The translations under genes were made by a program, and so were the position numbers. DNA of 64,000 nucleotides from the NCBI GenBank assembly GCA_963716175.1, contig OY970296.1, positions 3,744,001 to 3,808,000 on the forward strand, given 5' to 3'. Source of the DNA: an uncultured Armatimonadetes bacterium (GTDB lineage: Bacteria > Armatimonadota > Hebobacteria > Hebobacterales > Hebobacteraceae). The notes below the pieces were generated by a model. That model had not been told where the DNA came from. It made no database searches and saw nothing but the letters and a program-made list of their open reading frames with translations. Every line of letters begins with the position of its first letter. Within the stretch, counting starts at the first letter, position 1. Positions 41,357 to 49,935 of this stretch are shown piece after piece.

Positions 41357-42355
41357 CTACAGGCCCTGCCCCCGCAGCCACTCCAGCGTCTTCCGCACCC
41401 CGCGCGTGTTCAGCGCTTCCTCTGGAAAGTCCTCCATTTGCGTGAAGTACGCCAGATACCCCAGCTCCAGCGTCAGCCGGTGCAGGTGCAGCCGCTCCTG
41501 GAACCGATCGGCAAACATGGTCTTATCCGAGTACCCTTCAGCCATCTGGCCAATGCCGGTCTCACCCTCATGCGACATAATCGCGAAGTCGTGCACTGGA
41601 TGTCCGCCCTGGAAGTCGCCGAAGTCAATCACCGCGGTGACCCTCAGGGCTTCATCCACAAGGATGTGCTCTGACAGATAGTCACCGTGGCACAGAGCCG
41701 GCTGAGGGCAGTCGAACTGGTCCCGGTACACCTCGATCAGCCGCATCATCTCCGCAAACTCACTGCCCGTGAACCCAGCCTGGAGAAGCAGCTCCTTCTC
41801 GCTTCCGCGGTCGTGCCGCACAGATGCCATCACCGCCCGCCAATCCGGGAAGTCCCATTGCCCGTCTCGACTGCGCTGGCAGAAGCCGCCCACTGCCACG
41901 GTGTGCAGCTTCGCCAGCTCTGCCCCCGCGTTTCGCCACACGGTCGCACGCGCCTCCTCACTCAACTCCGGCAATACCTCCGTCAGCGATCGGCCCACTG
42001 CTGCGCGCTGGACCATGAATTCCAGCCGTTCACCCCCGTGCTCCTCCGTTCCCACCAGCAGCACCTCAGGCGCCCGCACTCCCGCCCCCCGTGCTTGCGC
42101 GACGGCCCATGCCTCAGAGGCCACATCGCTCCCGCCCTCTCGCCTGATCTTGACGAAGAACTCATCGGCCCCCGTGTCCACCAGATAGGCCTCGTTCATC
42201 CCTCGCACCAGCTTCCGCCGCCTCTCCAGCGTCTGCCCCGTGGCGCGCCGCACCATCGCACACAACACTGCCTCCGGTGTGTTGAACTGCGCATGCCGCT
42301 GCTCAACGTAGTCCTGGTAGGCGTCGTCTAACTGCTCTTTGTACACGTCAGCCAT
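41357..42355 (-). CDS. Aminoglycoside phosphotransferase (APH)/choline kinase family protein
   Basis: FFVK, CHGDY, IDFGD motifs. Confidence 0.85.
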   Translation of the reverse strand: MADVYKEQLDDAYQDYVEQRHAQFNTPEAVLCAMVRRATGQTLERRRKLVRGMNEAYLVDTGADEFFVKIRREGGSDVASEAWAVAQARGAGVRAPEVLLVGTEEHGGERLEFMVQRAAVGRSLTEVLPELSEEARATVWRNAGAELAKLHTVAVGGFCQRSRDGQWDFPDWRAVMASVRHDRGSEKELLLQAGFTGSEFAEMMRLIEVYRDQFDCPQPALCHGDYLSEHILVDEALRVTAVIDFGDFQGGHPVHDFAIMSHEGETGIGQMAEGYSDKTMFADRFQERLHLHRLTLELGYLAYFTQMEDFPEEALNTRGVRKTLEWLRGQGL

Positions 42356-42397
42356 GGCGCTGCTCCCATCAGAGCACCTTCGCCTCTGCCGCTGCGC

Positions 42398-43675
42398 CTA
42401 TCCCCGCACCGCGCGCCCGCTCCGCACCAGGCCTTCGATTAGCTTCTCCCCCAGCGCCGGCCTATAGGGGTGACGGCCCATCATCAGCGGCACCCCATGG
42501 GCAGCGTAATCGCCGCTGGGCGGATCGAACCTGTCCAGCGTGGGGGCATAGCCCTCATAGCCGTTCGCGTACCCGACTACCCAGGCCTTCTCGCCCAACT
42601 CCGCCCGGATATCCAGGCCGATCTGGGTGAACATCTCGAAGGGGTGGAAGACAAGTACTCGCTCGCCCAATCCCAGCGCGGCGATGGGCGCCTCCCGCTG
42701 GGGCTGTCTCATCTTCCTCAGCTTCTCGCCCTCGGCGCGCAGCGCTGCCGCCGATAGCGGTCCCAGCCGCGTCCATCCTGCTGCTCGCCTGGCGGCGCTG
42801 GCCTCGAAGGCGCGGATGGTCTCCTCGCTCAGGACCGCCACCGGCAGGGGCAGCTTCTCCGACAGCATCCTTACCGGCCCATCTGGCTCTGCGCTGGCTG
42901 TGCTCATCGCCTGCTCCACGGCGCGCCGGAAGCGGTAACCGAAATGGGCGAGATGGACGATGGAACGCTCCTGCCTCATGTGTGCGAGCGCGGGGTTGAT
43001 GTCCCCGCAATAGCCCTGGAGGAAGCTGCACACCGCTCCTTCCTGCTGGGCCTCCAGGGCCTGCATCGCCACCCCGCAGAAGTCCGGCGAGATCACCCGG
43101 CACTGCTCGCAAAGCAGCACGGGATGGCAGGTGTAGTGGGCCCAGAGGCCGAGCAGCTTCCCACCCTCCCGGGCTCGGAAAGAGAGCGTCCTCAGCATAG
43201 TATCGCGGGGCCCGTTGGGCCCGTACACGCGGTTGCGGCTGAAGCCATCCAGGGTAGTGGCGCCGCTCTCAATCACCGCCGGCGCCGCCGCGCTCCTCGC
43301 CCCGGCCGCGGCCTTCGCGGCCAGCCCGGGCAAACGGCCGGCAGTGGCCCGGTCGAACTCACCCCAGCCCAGAATGGGCATGACCGACGGCGCCGAATGG
43401 GTATGCGTGCAGGTAGCGACCACGCGGTCCGAACCCACCGCCGCGGCCTCGGCGGCCGCCCGTCGCACTGCCTCCGCCAGATCTTCTCGCAGGCCGCAGA
43501 GATCGAGCGACAGCACCAGCGCGGCCCCGCTCCCGTCCTCCAGGTACGTCGCGCGAAGGTGAATGGGCTGGAGCGTTTCCAGCGCGGTGCGGCCCAGGAA
43601 AGGCCCAAAGCCCATCATCTCTGGCTGCTCGCCGGCCGGAGGCGTGATCTCAACCCTGGCAAAGCCCGCCAGCAC
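42398..43675 (-). CDS. Neutral ceramidase-like amidohydrolase
   Basis: AGFARVEITPP, THTHSAP, CHP, QG..GDINP, GYANG..GY. Confidence 0.75.
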   Translation of the reverse strand: MLAGFARVEITPPAGEQPEMMGFGPFLGRTALETLQPIHLRATYLEDGSGAALVLSLDLCGLREDLAEAVRRAAAEAAAVGSDRVVATCTHTHSAPSVMPILGWGEFDRATAGRLPGLAAKAAAGARSAAAPAVIESGATTLDGFSRNRVYGPNGPRDTMLRTLSFRAREGGKLLGLWAHYTCHPVLLCEQCRVISPDFCGVAMQALEAQQEGAVCSFLQGYCGDINPALAHMRQERSIVHLAHFGYRFRRAVEQAMSTASAEPDGPVRMLSEKLPLPVAVLSEETIRAFEASAARRAAGWTRLGPLSAAALRAEGEKLRKMRQPQREAPIAALGLGERVLVFHPFEMFTQIGLDIRAELGEKAWVVGYANGYEGYAPTLDRFDPPSGDYAAHGVPLMMGRHPYRPALGEKLIEGLVRSGRAVRG

Positions 43676-43676
43676 G

Positions 43677-44918
43677 CTAATCCCTCAGCTCATCCCTATG
43701 CTGGAAGATCTTGGCAATCGCCTCCCCGATCCTGTCCATGTCCCCGGGGGTGAGGAGCAAAGTCTCGTGGGGAGTGACCACTCGCTCGCGGTAGGCTTGC
43801 AGCTCCGCCGTAGGCAGCTCGAACCGTGCGACGTCAACCTGCTTCCAGTAGCAGTCATTGAGGCGATGGCGCTGCTTGGTGTGCGGCTGATAGAGCGGGC
43901 TCTTGTTCAGGGGCTCATAGCCGCTCCAGAACCCCAGGCCGGTCTCGGCCGAGAGCGCGGCGCAGAAGCGATCGCGGGTGACCCCGCCCCATTCCTCCGG
44001 GATGAAGCGGAAGCCATAGGCGTAGTAGCTCTGCCGCGTCACCGCCTCGTGCCGCTTCAGCGGACGCACCCCGGGCGCTTCCATCAAGAGCTGATTGAGA
44101 CGCTGGGCGCAGGCCTCGCGCCGGTCCAGGTGGGAGGGCAGCCGCTCCAGTTGGCCGAGCAGGACTGCCGCCTGCCACTCGGTGATGCGGAAATTGCCGG
44201 ACTGGACATAGCGCTGCTCGCCCTCGGGAAAATGGGGTGAGAAGCGGCCGCAATTCCGTAGTTGATCCAGCCGGCAGAACAGCTTGTCATCCTGCACCAG
44301 GATCCCCCCGCCCTCACCGCAGGTCATCACTTTGCTCTGCTGGAAGCTGAATGTCCCCACCTCGCCGATCGTCCCGGCGCCCTTTCCTCGCCACTGAGAA
44401 CCGTGCTGATGCGCGCAGTCCTCGACCACGCTCAGCCCGTGGCGGCTGGCCAGTTCCATGATCGCGTCCATGTCGGTCATGCAGCCATAGAGGTGAACCA
44501 CTGCGATCGCCCGGGTGCGGGAGGTGATGGCGGCCTCGGCGGCCTTGGGAGCAATGCACCAGGTATCGGGCTCAATGTCCACCAGCACCGGCACCGCGTT
44601 CACATCCAGCACCGCGGCGGCGGTGGCCTGCCAGGTGGAGGCCGGGACCAGCACCTCGTCACCCGCCCCGATGTCCAGCCCCTCATAGGCCAACTGCAGC
44701 GCGTGGGTGCCGTTGGTCACCAGCAGAGCATGCTTGGACCCGTTGAACGCGGCCCAGGCCTCGTTGAAGGAGGTCTCCATCTCCCCCATCCAGGACCAGG
44801 CCCCGCTCTCCAACACCTTGAGCACCCGGCGCTTCTCCTGCTCGCCATGCATGGGCCAGGCCGGAGTCTGCAGGGACGCCACCGGTTTGCCGCCTGAGAT
44901 TGCCAGTTCCGCCATCAC
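43677..44918 (-). CDS. DegT/DnrJ/StrS PLP aminotransferase, StsC/BtrR-like
   Basis: NGTHAL, EDCAHQHG, SFQQSK, GEGG, NFRITEWQAA. Confidence 0.88.
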   Translation of the reverse strand: MMAELAISGGKPVASLQTPAWPMHGEQEKRRVLKVLESGAWSWMGEMETSFNEAWAAFNGSKHALLVTNGTHALQLAYEGLDIGAGDEVLVPASTWQATAAAVLDVNAVPVLVDIEPDTWCIAPKAAEAAITSRTRAIAVVHLYGCMTDMDAIMELASRHGLSVVEDCAHQHGSQWRGKGAGTIGEVGTFSFQQSKVMTCGEGGGILVQDDKLFCRLDQLRNCGRFSPHFPEGEQRYVQSGNFRITEWQAAVLLGQLERLPSHLDRREACAQRLNQLLMEAPGVRPLKRHEAVTRQSYYAYGFRFIPEEWGGVTRDRFCAALSAETGLGFWSGYEPLNKSPLYQPHTKQRHRLNDCYWKQVDVARFELPTAELQAYRERVVTPHETLLLTPGDMDRIGEAIAKIFQHRDELRD

Positions 44919-45041
44919 ATCTCCTCCGGGGTTCGGTTTGGCAGACCAGGTTGCACGTCGTCAGTCCGGCTTCCTGCCGCCAAGCGCGGCTGGAGTTGTA
45001 CTGCGCAGCAGAACTGCCTGGTGGAGGAACCAGAGCGCGCC

Positions 45042-45965
45042 CTACGAGTGCAACTGCACTGACCCTACCAAGTCAGCCGCGCGCGCGACCCGGTGCCGAA
45101 TCAGGTAGTCGCGGATCCCGGCGAGCACGCGATTGCCGGCGGCGGGGTCGCCGTAGAGCGCAGTGCCCACCGCCACCGCCGAGGCGCCGGCGAGGATGAA
45201 CTCCAAGGCATCGGAGGCGTTCCAGATCCCTCCCATCCCGATCACCGGGATCGCCACCGCCCGCGCCACCTGGAACACCCGATAGACCGCGGCCGGCCGA
45301 ATCGCCGGCCCCGAGAGGCCGCCGGTGTTGGCGGCGAGAATCGGCCGCCGGGTCTCCACATCTATCACCATCGCCGAGAAGGTGTTGACCAGGGAGACGG
45401 CATCGGCCCCGGCGCGCTCGCAGGCGGCGGCGATAGCGGCGATATCGGTGACATTCGGGGTCAGCTTGGCGATGATCGGCTTGCTGGTCTGGGCCCGCAC
45501 TGCCGACACCACCTCAGCGCTGGCTTCGGCGTCCACCCCGAAGGCCATCCCGCCCTGCTTGACATTGGGGCAGGAGATGTTGATCTCGATCCCCGAGACG
45601 TGGGCCGAGTCCAGGGCGCGGGCGCACTCGCCGAACTCCTCCGGCGTGTCGCCGGCGATGCTGGCGATGACGTGCGTGCCATAGCTGAGGGCCGCGGGCA
45701 GCTTATCCCGCAGGAAGGCCTCCAGGCCCACGTTCTCCAGGCCGATGGCATTGATCATGCCGGCCGGAGTCTCTGCGGTGCGGGAGGCGGGAGGGTTTCC
45801 CAGCCGTGGCCGCAGGGTGACGGTCTTGAGCAGCAGCGCACCCAGCTCCCCATAGGGCGCCAGCTCCATAAACTCATCGCCATACCCGAAGACCCCGGAG
45901 GCCAGCATCACCGGGTTCTTCATGGTTATGGCGCCAATGCGCACGGTGAGATCGGGTTCGCTCAT
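45042..45965 (-). CDS. pyrD: Dihydroorotate dehydrogenase 1B catalytic subunit
   Basis: NAIGLEN, NISCPNV, KLTPN, GGLSG. Confidence 0.95.
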   Translation of the reverse strand: MSEPDLTVRIGAITMKNPVMLASGVFGYGDEFMELAPYGELGALLLKTVTLRPRLGNPPASRTAETPAGMINAIGLENVGLEAFLRDKLPAALSYGTHVIASIAGDTPEEFGECARALDSAHVSGIEINISCPNVKQGGMAFGVDAEASAEVVSAVRAQTSKPIIAKLTPNVTDIAAIAAACERAGADAVSLVNTFSAMVIDVETRRPILAANTGGLSGPAIRPAAVYRVFQVARAVAIPVIGMGGIWNASDALEFILAGASAVAVGTALYGDPAAGNRVLAGIRDYLIRHRVARAADLVGSVQLHS

Positions 45966-46862
45966 GCCTCCAGGTGGTCCCAGGCGATATCGCTGGCGTA
46001 GAAGACAGGCCCGTCGCGGCAGACGGTGCGGTAGCTCACCCCTCCGTCGGCGAGCACCGGCACAACGCAGGAGCGGCAGGCCCCCACTCCGCAGGCCATC
46101 CGCTCCTCCAGGGAGACTTGCAGCGGCAAGTGCACCCCGGTGACCTCGGCGAGGCGCTTGAGCATGGCCCGGGGCCCGATCGCGAAGACATCAACGCCCT
46201 CCGCCGGCAGCTCGCCCAGCCGCGCCTCGAAGACTTCCGTGATCAGCAGCCCCTCCACCGACTCGCTCACGAATAGGACTTCCGCGCCCATCTCCGTCAG
46301 CTCCGGGATGGTGGCGCGGCCCGCTCGGGGACGGCGGACGGAGAAAGGCACCTTCTCATCGTCGGCGGCGCCGGCCATCACCATCACCCGGATGCCGCGC
46401 TCCACCAGTCGCTGGATCAGGAAGGGCGCCGGCGCCAGACCCACGCCGCCAGCCACCAGCACGGCCAACTGCAAGCCGTCTCGGATGCGAAACCCATGTC
46501 CCAGAGGCCCGATCACATCCAGGAGCTCCCCGGCAGCCTTCCCCGCCAGCATCCGACCCCCGGTTCCTCGCGCCCGCAGCAGCACCTCGATGCCATCAGG
46601 AGGCCGGAGCCGCGGAGATGCTGAAGGGCCGCCGCAGGATGGCCGCGCAAGGCGGCCGCTCGATCTCCTCCGGCGGGTGGCACCAGACGTGGAGGAACTG
46701 GCCGGGCTCGGCCGCGGCCGCGATTTCGGGCGATTCCAGCACCAGGCGGTGGTGCTCGCCGTGCAGGCGAACGCTTTCCCGAAGCGGGGCCCGGGCACGC
46801 CAGAGGCGAGGCCGCGACAGAGCGCCCGCCCCAGAGCCCGTCCCGGCTCCGGGACCGCTCAC
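45962..46862 (-). CDS. pyrK: Dihydroorotate dehydrogenase electron-transfer subunit (frameshift near 46600)
   Basis: PGQF, LRRPFSI, GPLGHGF, MACGVGACRSC, C.DGPVF. Confidence 0.9.
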
Positions 46863-48274
46863 TTCTCCTCTTCCTGGGCTTTCTTCACTTCCTCGACATG
46901 CACGCCCGTGCTCTCTGTCACTGGCGGCTGCACCCCGGCGCGATCGGTCACCGTAGCGGTGACGATGTAGTCCCCCGGCTTCTTGTAGATGTACTTCACC
47001 TTGGGCCCTACGGCCTGGGGTTCGCGCTTGCCGGAGTCGCCGAAATTCCAGGCCACCTCAGGGTCCGAGGCCCCGCCGGTGATCTCGGTGCTGAAGCTGA
47101 TCAGCTCGTCCGTGCGGGCCACCCCGGGATCAGCCTTCACCGCCGCCCGCACGGGCGTGTGATCAACAGTCAACCGCACTTGTCCCAGGTAGAAGGTGTC
47201 GGATTGATCGGCGAAGATGCCCACCGCGCGCAGGAGCGTGGCCCCCTTCTCTCCCTGGAAGCGCGAGAGCGGAACGGTCACAGGCAGCCAGCCGCGCTTA
47301 TCCTTCGCCAGCGCTCCCGCGGGGACCGGATCGGCGACGATCTCTCCCCGATCAGTGAATAGCACGAGGCGCAGGCTTTTCAGTGTCAGCGCCTTCTCCC
47401 CAGGTGGGCCTGCTGGCCTGGCGCCGGCCTGGCCGGCCCGGGTACCTCCCCGCGTGCCAGCGCCGCCCCGCGCTCCGCCCCCGCGGGCGCCTCCACCGCC
47501 GCGCGTCCCACCTCCGCCTCGGCCGCCACCACCCATCCCGCCACCGCGGCCGCCGCCGCCCATGCCGCCGCCGCGACCGCCACCACCACGGCCTCCGCCA
47601 CCGCCCATCCCGCCGCCCCCGCGGCCTCCTCGGCCGCCAGTCAGCACCAGCTCGTATTGAGTGCCCACAGCCGCCGCCGTGGTCACCGCTGGTGGCCCGG
47701 CCTCGGCTCTCCCGCCCCGCCGGCCGCCGCCTCCGCCGCCCATGCCACCGCCGCCGCGACCTCCGCCGCCGCGACCTCCACCTCCGCCACCGCGGCCTCC
47801 ACCGCCCATGCCACCGCCGCCGCGACCTCCGCCGCCTCCGCGGGCTCCGCCGCCACCGCGCCCTCCGGCGCCACCGCGCTGCTGGCGTGCTGCTGCCGCC
47901 TGCTCAGGCGTCTCTTTGGGCTTGGGCACCTGCGCCGGCAGGATACGCAGATCCAGGTAGCTGTCGGGTGAGGCGAGGAAGTCTTCCAGGCTTACGGGCC
48001 GGGCCAGATGCAGCACGATCCCCTGGTAAGGGCCCTGGGAGGTGACCTTCAGCACCTCGGGGCCGACGTACACCTGATCGTACACCGACTCGGCTTTCCC
48101 GCTTCCCCAAGGTGTGATCTTGATGCCGCCCGAGTCCTTCTGGAGATCGCCGTCGTAGATCAGCGCCACCTTCTCCGGGCCCAGGATGGAGCCAAGCTGT
48201 GCGCTCCCGATGGCCGCCGCCAGCAGGACCAGCCCCATCCCTGTGACCAGGCCGACCACGTGAAGGCGAGACAT
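46859..48274 (-). CDS. Exported protein with two Gly/Arg/Met-rich tracts and C-terminal PKD domain
   Basis: Signal-like N-terminus; GGGGRGGGGM repeats; WNFGD...YKKPGDY.V..TVTD. Confidence 0.75.
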   Translation of the reverse strand: MSRLHVVGLVTGMGLVLLAAAIGSAQLGSILGPEKVALIYDGDLQKDSGGIKITPWGSGKAESVYDQVYVGPEVLKVTSQGPYQGIVLHLARPVSLEDFLASPDSYLDLRILPAQVPKPKETPEQAAAARQQRGGAGGRGGGGARGGGGGRGGGGMGGGGRGGGGGGRGGGGRGGGGMGGGGGGRRGGRAEAGPPAVTTAAAVGTQYELVLTGGRGGRGGGGMGGGGGRGGGGRGGGMGGGGRGGGMGGGGRGGGGTRGGGGARGGGARGGAGTRGGTRAGQAGARPAGPPGEKALTLKSLRLVLFTDRGEIVADPVPAGALAKDKRGWLPVTVPLSRFQGEKGATLLRAVGIFADQSDTFYLGQVRLTVDHTPVRAAVKADPGVARTDELISFSTEITGGASDPEVAWNFGDSGKREPQAVGPKVKYIYKKPGDYIVTATVTDRAGVQPPVTESTGVHVEEVKKAQEEEK

Positions 48275-48302
48275 GATCACCACCTCCCCTGCTCCTGCGC
48301 TG

Positions 48303-49451
48303 CTAGCAGACAAAGCAAGATAGCGTTTCATTAGATATCAGCCACCTTTCCGGTGGTATCCGCAGCCTACCCCCAGCGGAGATCAGCAGGCCCTCTCGGC
48401 ACAGCTCCTCGATCTCCCGGCCGAAGGCCTCCCGCGGGCTCATCCCGCACTGCCCCGCCACCGCCTGCTCCTCTATCCCCTCGGCGCGGCGCAGCCCCAG
48501 CATCAGGGTCTCGCCGACCCTCCGCCGCGCCGATAGGCACTCCGCTCGCGCCACCGGCAGCCGTCCCTGCTCCAGCCACTCGGTATAGACTCGCACCTCC
48601 GCCACATTGTTCCAGCGCAAGCCGCCCCGGTAGGAATGGGCTGATGCGCCAATACCCAGGTATTCGTGGTTCGCCCAGTATCTCCTGTTGTGCCGGCATT
48701 CCAGGCCGGGCCGGGCGAAGTTGGAGATCTCGTAATGCTGGTAGCCGGCCCCGGTCAGCAGATCGTGGGCGGCCTGGTACATGTCAGCACAGCCATCCTC
48801 GTCGGGGAGCGCCAGTTCCCCGGCCTCGATCTCCCCCGCCAGCCGGGTCCCGCTCTCCACAGAGAGAGCGTAGGCCGATAGGTGGGCCGGCTCGGCTGCG
48901 ATCGCCCGGCGCAGCGTCTCCTCCCAATCCCGCAGGGACTGCCCTGGCACCCCGTAGATCAGGTCCAGGTTGAGGTTGCTCCAACCCGCGGCGCGGGTCG
49001 TCCCGATCGCCGCCTGGGCTTCGCGCGCGCTATGCGCGCGGCCCAGGGTGCGGAGCACCGAGTCGGAGAAAGACTGCACTCCCAGGCTGAGGCGGTTGAT
49101 ACCGGCCGCCAGCAGCGCGCTGAGCTTGGCTTCATCCACGGTCCCGGGGTTGGCCTCCACCGTCACCTCCGCGCCGGCCGCCGCCGGAAAGCGTCTGCCG
49201 ACGCGCCCCACCAGCTCCGTCAGCCACTCCGCGGGCAGGACAGTCGGCGTCCCGCCGCCGAGATAGATGCTATCAACTGGCGCGCCATGGAACTCCGCGG
49301 AGGCAGCGCGGAGGTCGAGCTCGATGTTGAGGGCGTCGAGATAGCGATGGGCGAAGGCCAGGCCGCCGGCCGCCTCCAGCGGCAGAGAGGCGAAATCGCA
49401 GTAGGCGCACTTGCTGAGACAGAACGGTAGATGGAGGTAGAGGCCGATCAT
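48303..49451 (-). CDS. hemW: Radical SAM heme chaperone HemW
   Basis: YLHLPFC...C.YCDF, GGGTP, EANP, YEISNF, HN..YW. Confidence 0.93.
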   Translation of the reverse strand: MIGLYLHLPFCLSKCAYCDFASLPLEAAGGLAFAHRYLDALNIELDLRAASAEFHGAPVDSIYLGGGTPTVLPAEWLTELVGRVGRRFPAAAGAEVTVEANPGTVDEAKLSALLAAGINRLSLGVQSFSDSVLRTLGRAHSAREAQAAIGTTRAAGWSNLNLDLIYGVPGQSLRDWEETLRRAIAAEPAHLSAYALSVESGTRLAGEIEAGELALPDEDGCADMYQAAHDLLTGAGYQHYEISNFARPGLECRHNRRYWANHEYLGIGASAHSYRGGLRWNNVAEVRVYTEWLEQGRLPVARAECLSARRRVGETLMLGLRRAEGIEEQAVAGQCGMSPREAFGREIEELCREGLLISAGGRLRIPPERWLISNETLSCFVC

Positions 49452-49465
49452 AGGCGGTAAAGACC

Positions 49466-49923
49466 CTCCGCCGATGGACGCCGATAAACGCAGATAAGAC
49501 TCTCGAAGAACACCTTCAGAACTCCCTCACAAGCCTGCACATCTGGAGTCGCGGTTTGCCGAAGTTGAACAGGAGGCAGACGCGACGCTCGGTTGCCTTC
49601 AGATAGTTCAGGCACTGGGCAGTATGCGACGTATCCAGCGCATCTCCGGCCTTTACCTCGACGATCACGGCATCTTCTACCAGCAGATCGAGTATGCCCT
49701 CTCCGACCAACTCGCCTTTATAGCGGACCTGCACCAGCTTCTGCTGCTCGACTCTCAAGCCCGCGCGCCGCAGCTCAACCGCCAACGCGTTTTCGTAGAC
49801 CTTCTCGAGGAAGCCGCAGCCCAGCGTATTGCTGACCTCGTAGGCGCACCCAACTATCCGCTCCGTCAGCCGGTCCAGTTCTGTTCGTCGTTCATCAGCG
49901 TTCATCGGCGTCCATCGGCGGAG
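49466..49923. mobile_element. Candidate IR-bounded GxxExxY cassette
   Basis: Inverted repeats 49466-49497 and 49892-49923 (first 20 nt identical, 3 mismatches in 32) enclosing a single gene. Confidence 0.6.
49516..49905 (-). CDS. GxxExxY protein (PD-(D/E)xK nuclease superfamily)
   Basis: GFLEKVY motif; DLLVE..VIVEVK; AQ.LNYLK; LL.NFG. Confidence 0.93.
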   Translation of the reverse strand: MNADERRTELDRLTERIVGCAYEVSNTLGCGFLEKVYENALAVELRRAGLRVEQQKLVQVRYKGELVGEGILDLLVEDAVIVEVKAGDALDTSHTAQCLNYLKATERRVCLLFNFGKPRLQMCRLVREF

Positions 49924-49935
49924 AGCCGTTGCTTT

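Noticed and set aside
41357-42355. APH-family gene as a bona fide antibiotic resistance gene
   Set aside because: Only generic kinase-fold motifs visible; substrate cannot be inferred from sequence
47420-47880. CCG-rich repeats as CRISPR array or non-coding satellite
   Set aside because: No repeat-spacer structure; in-frame Gly/Arg coding sequence
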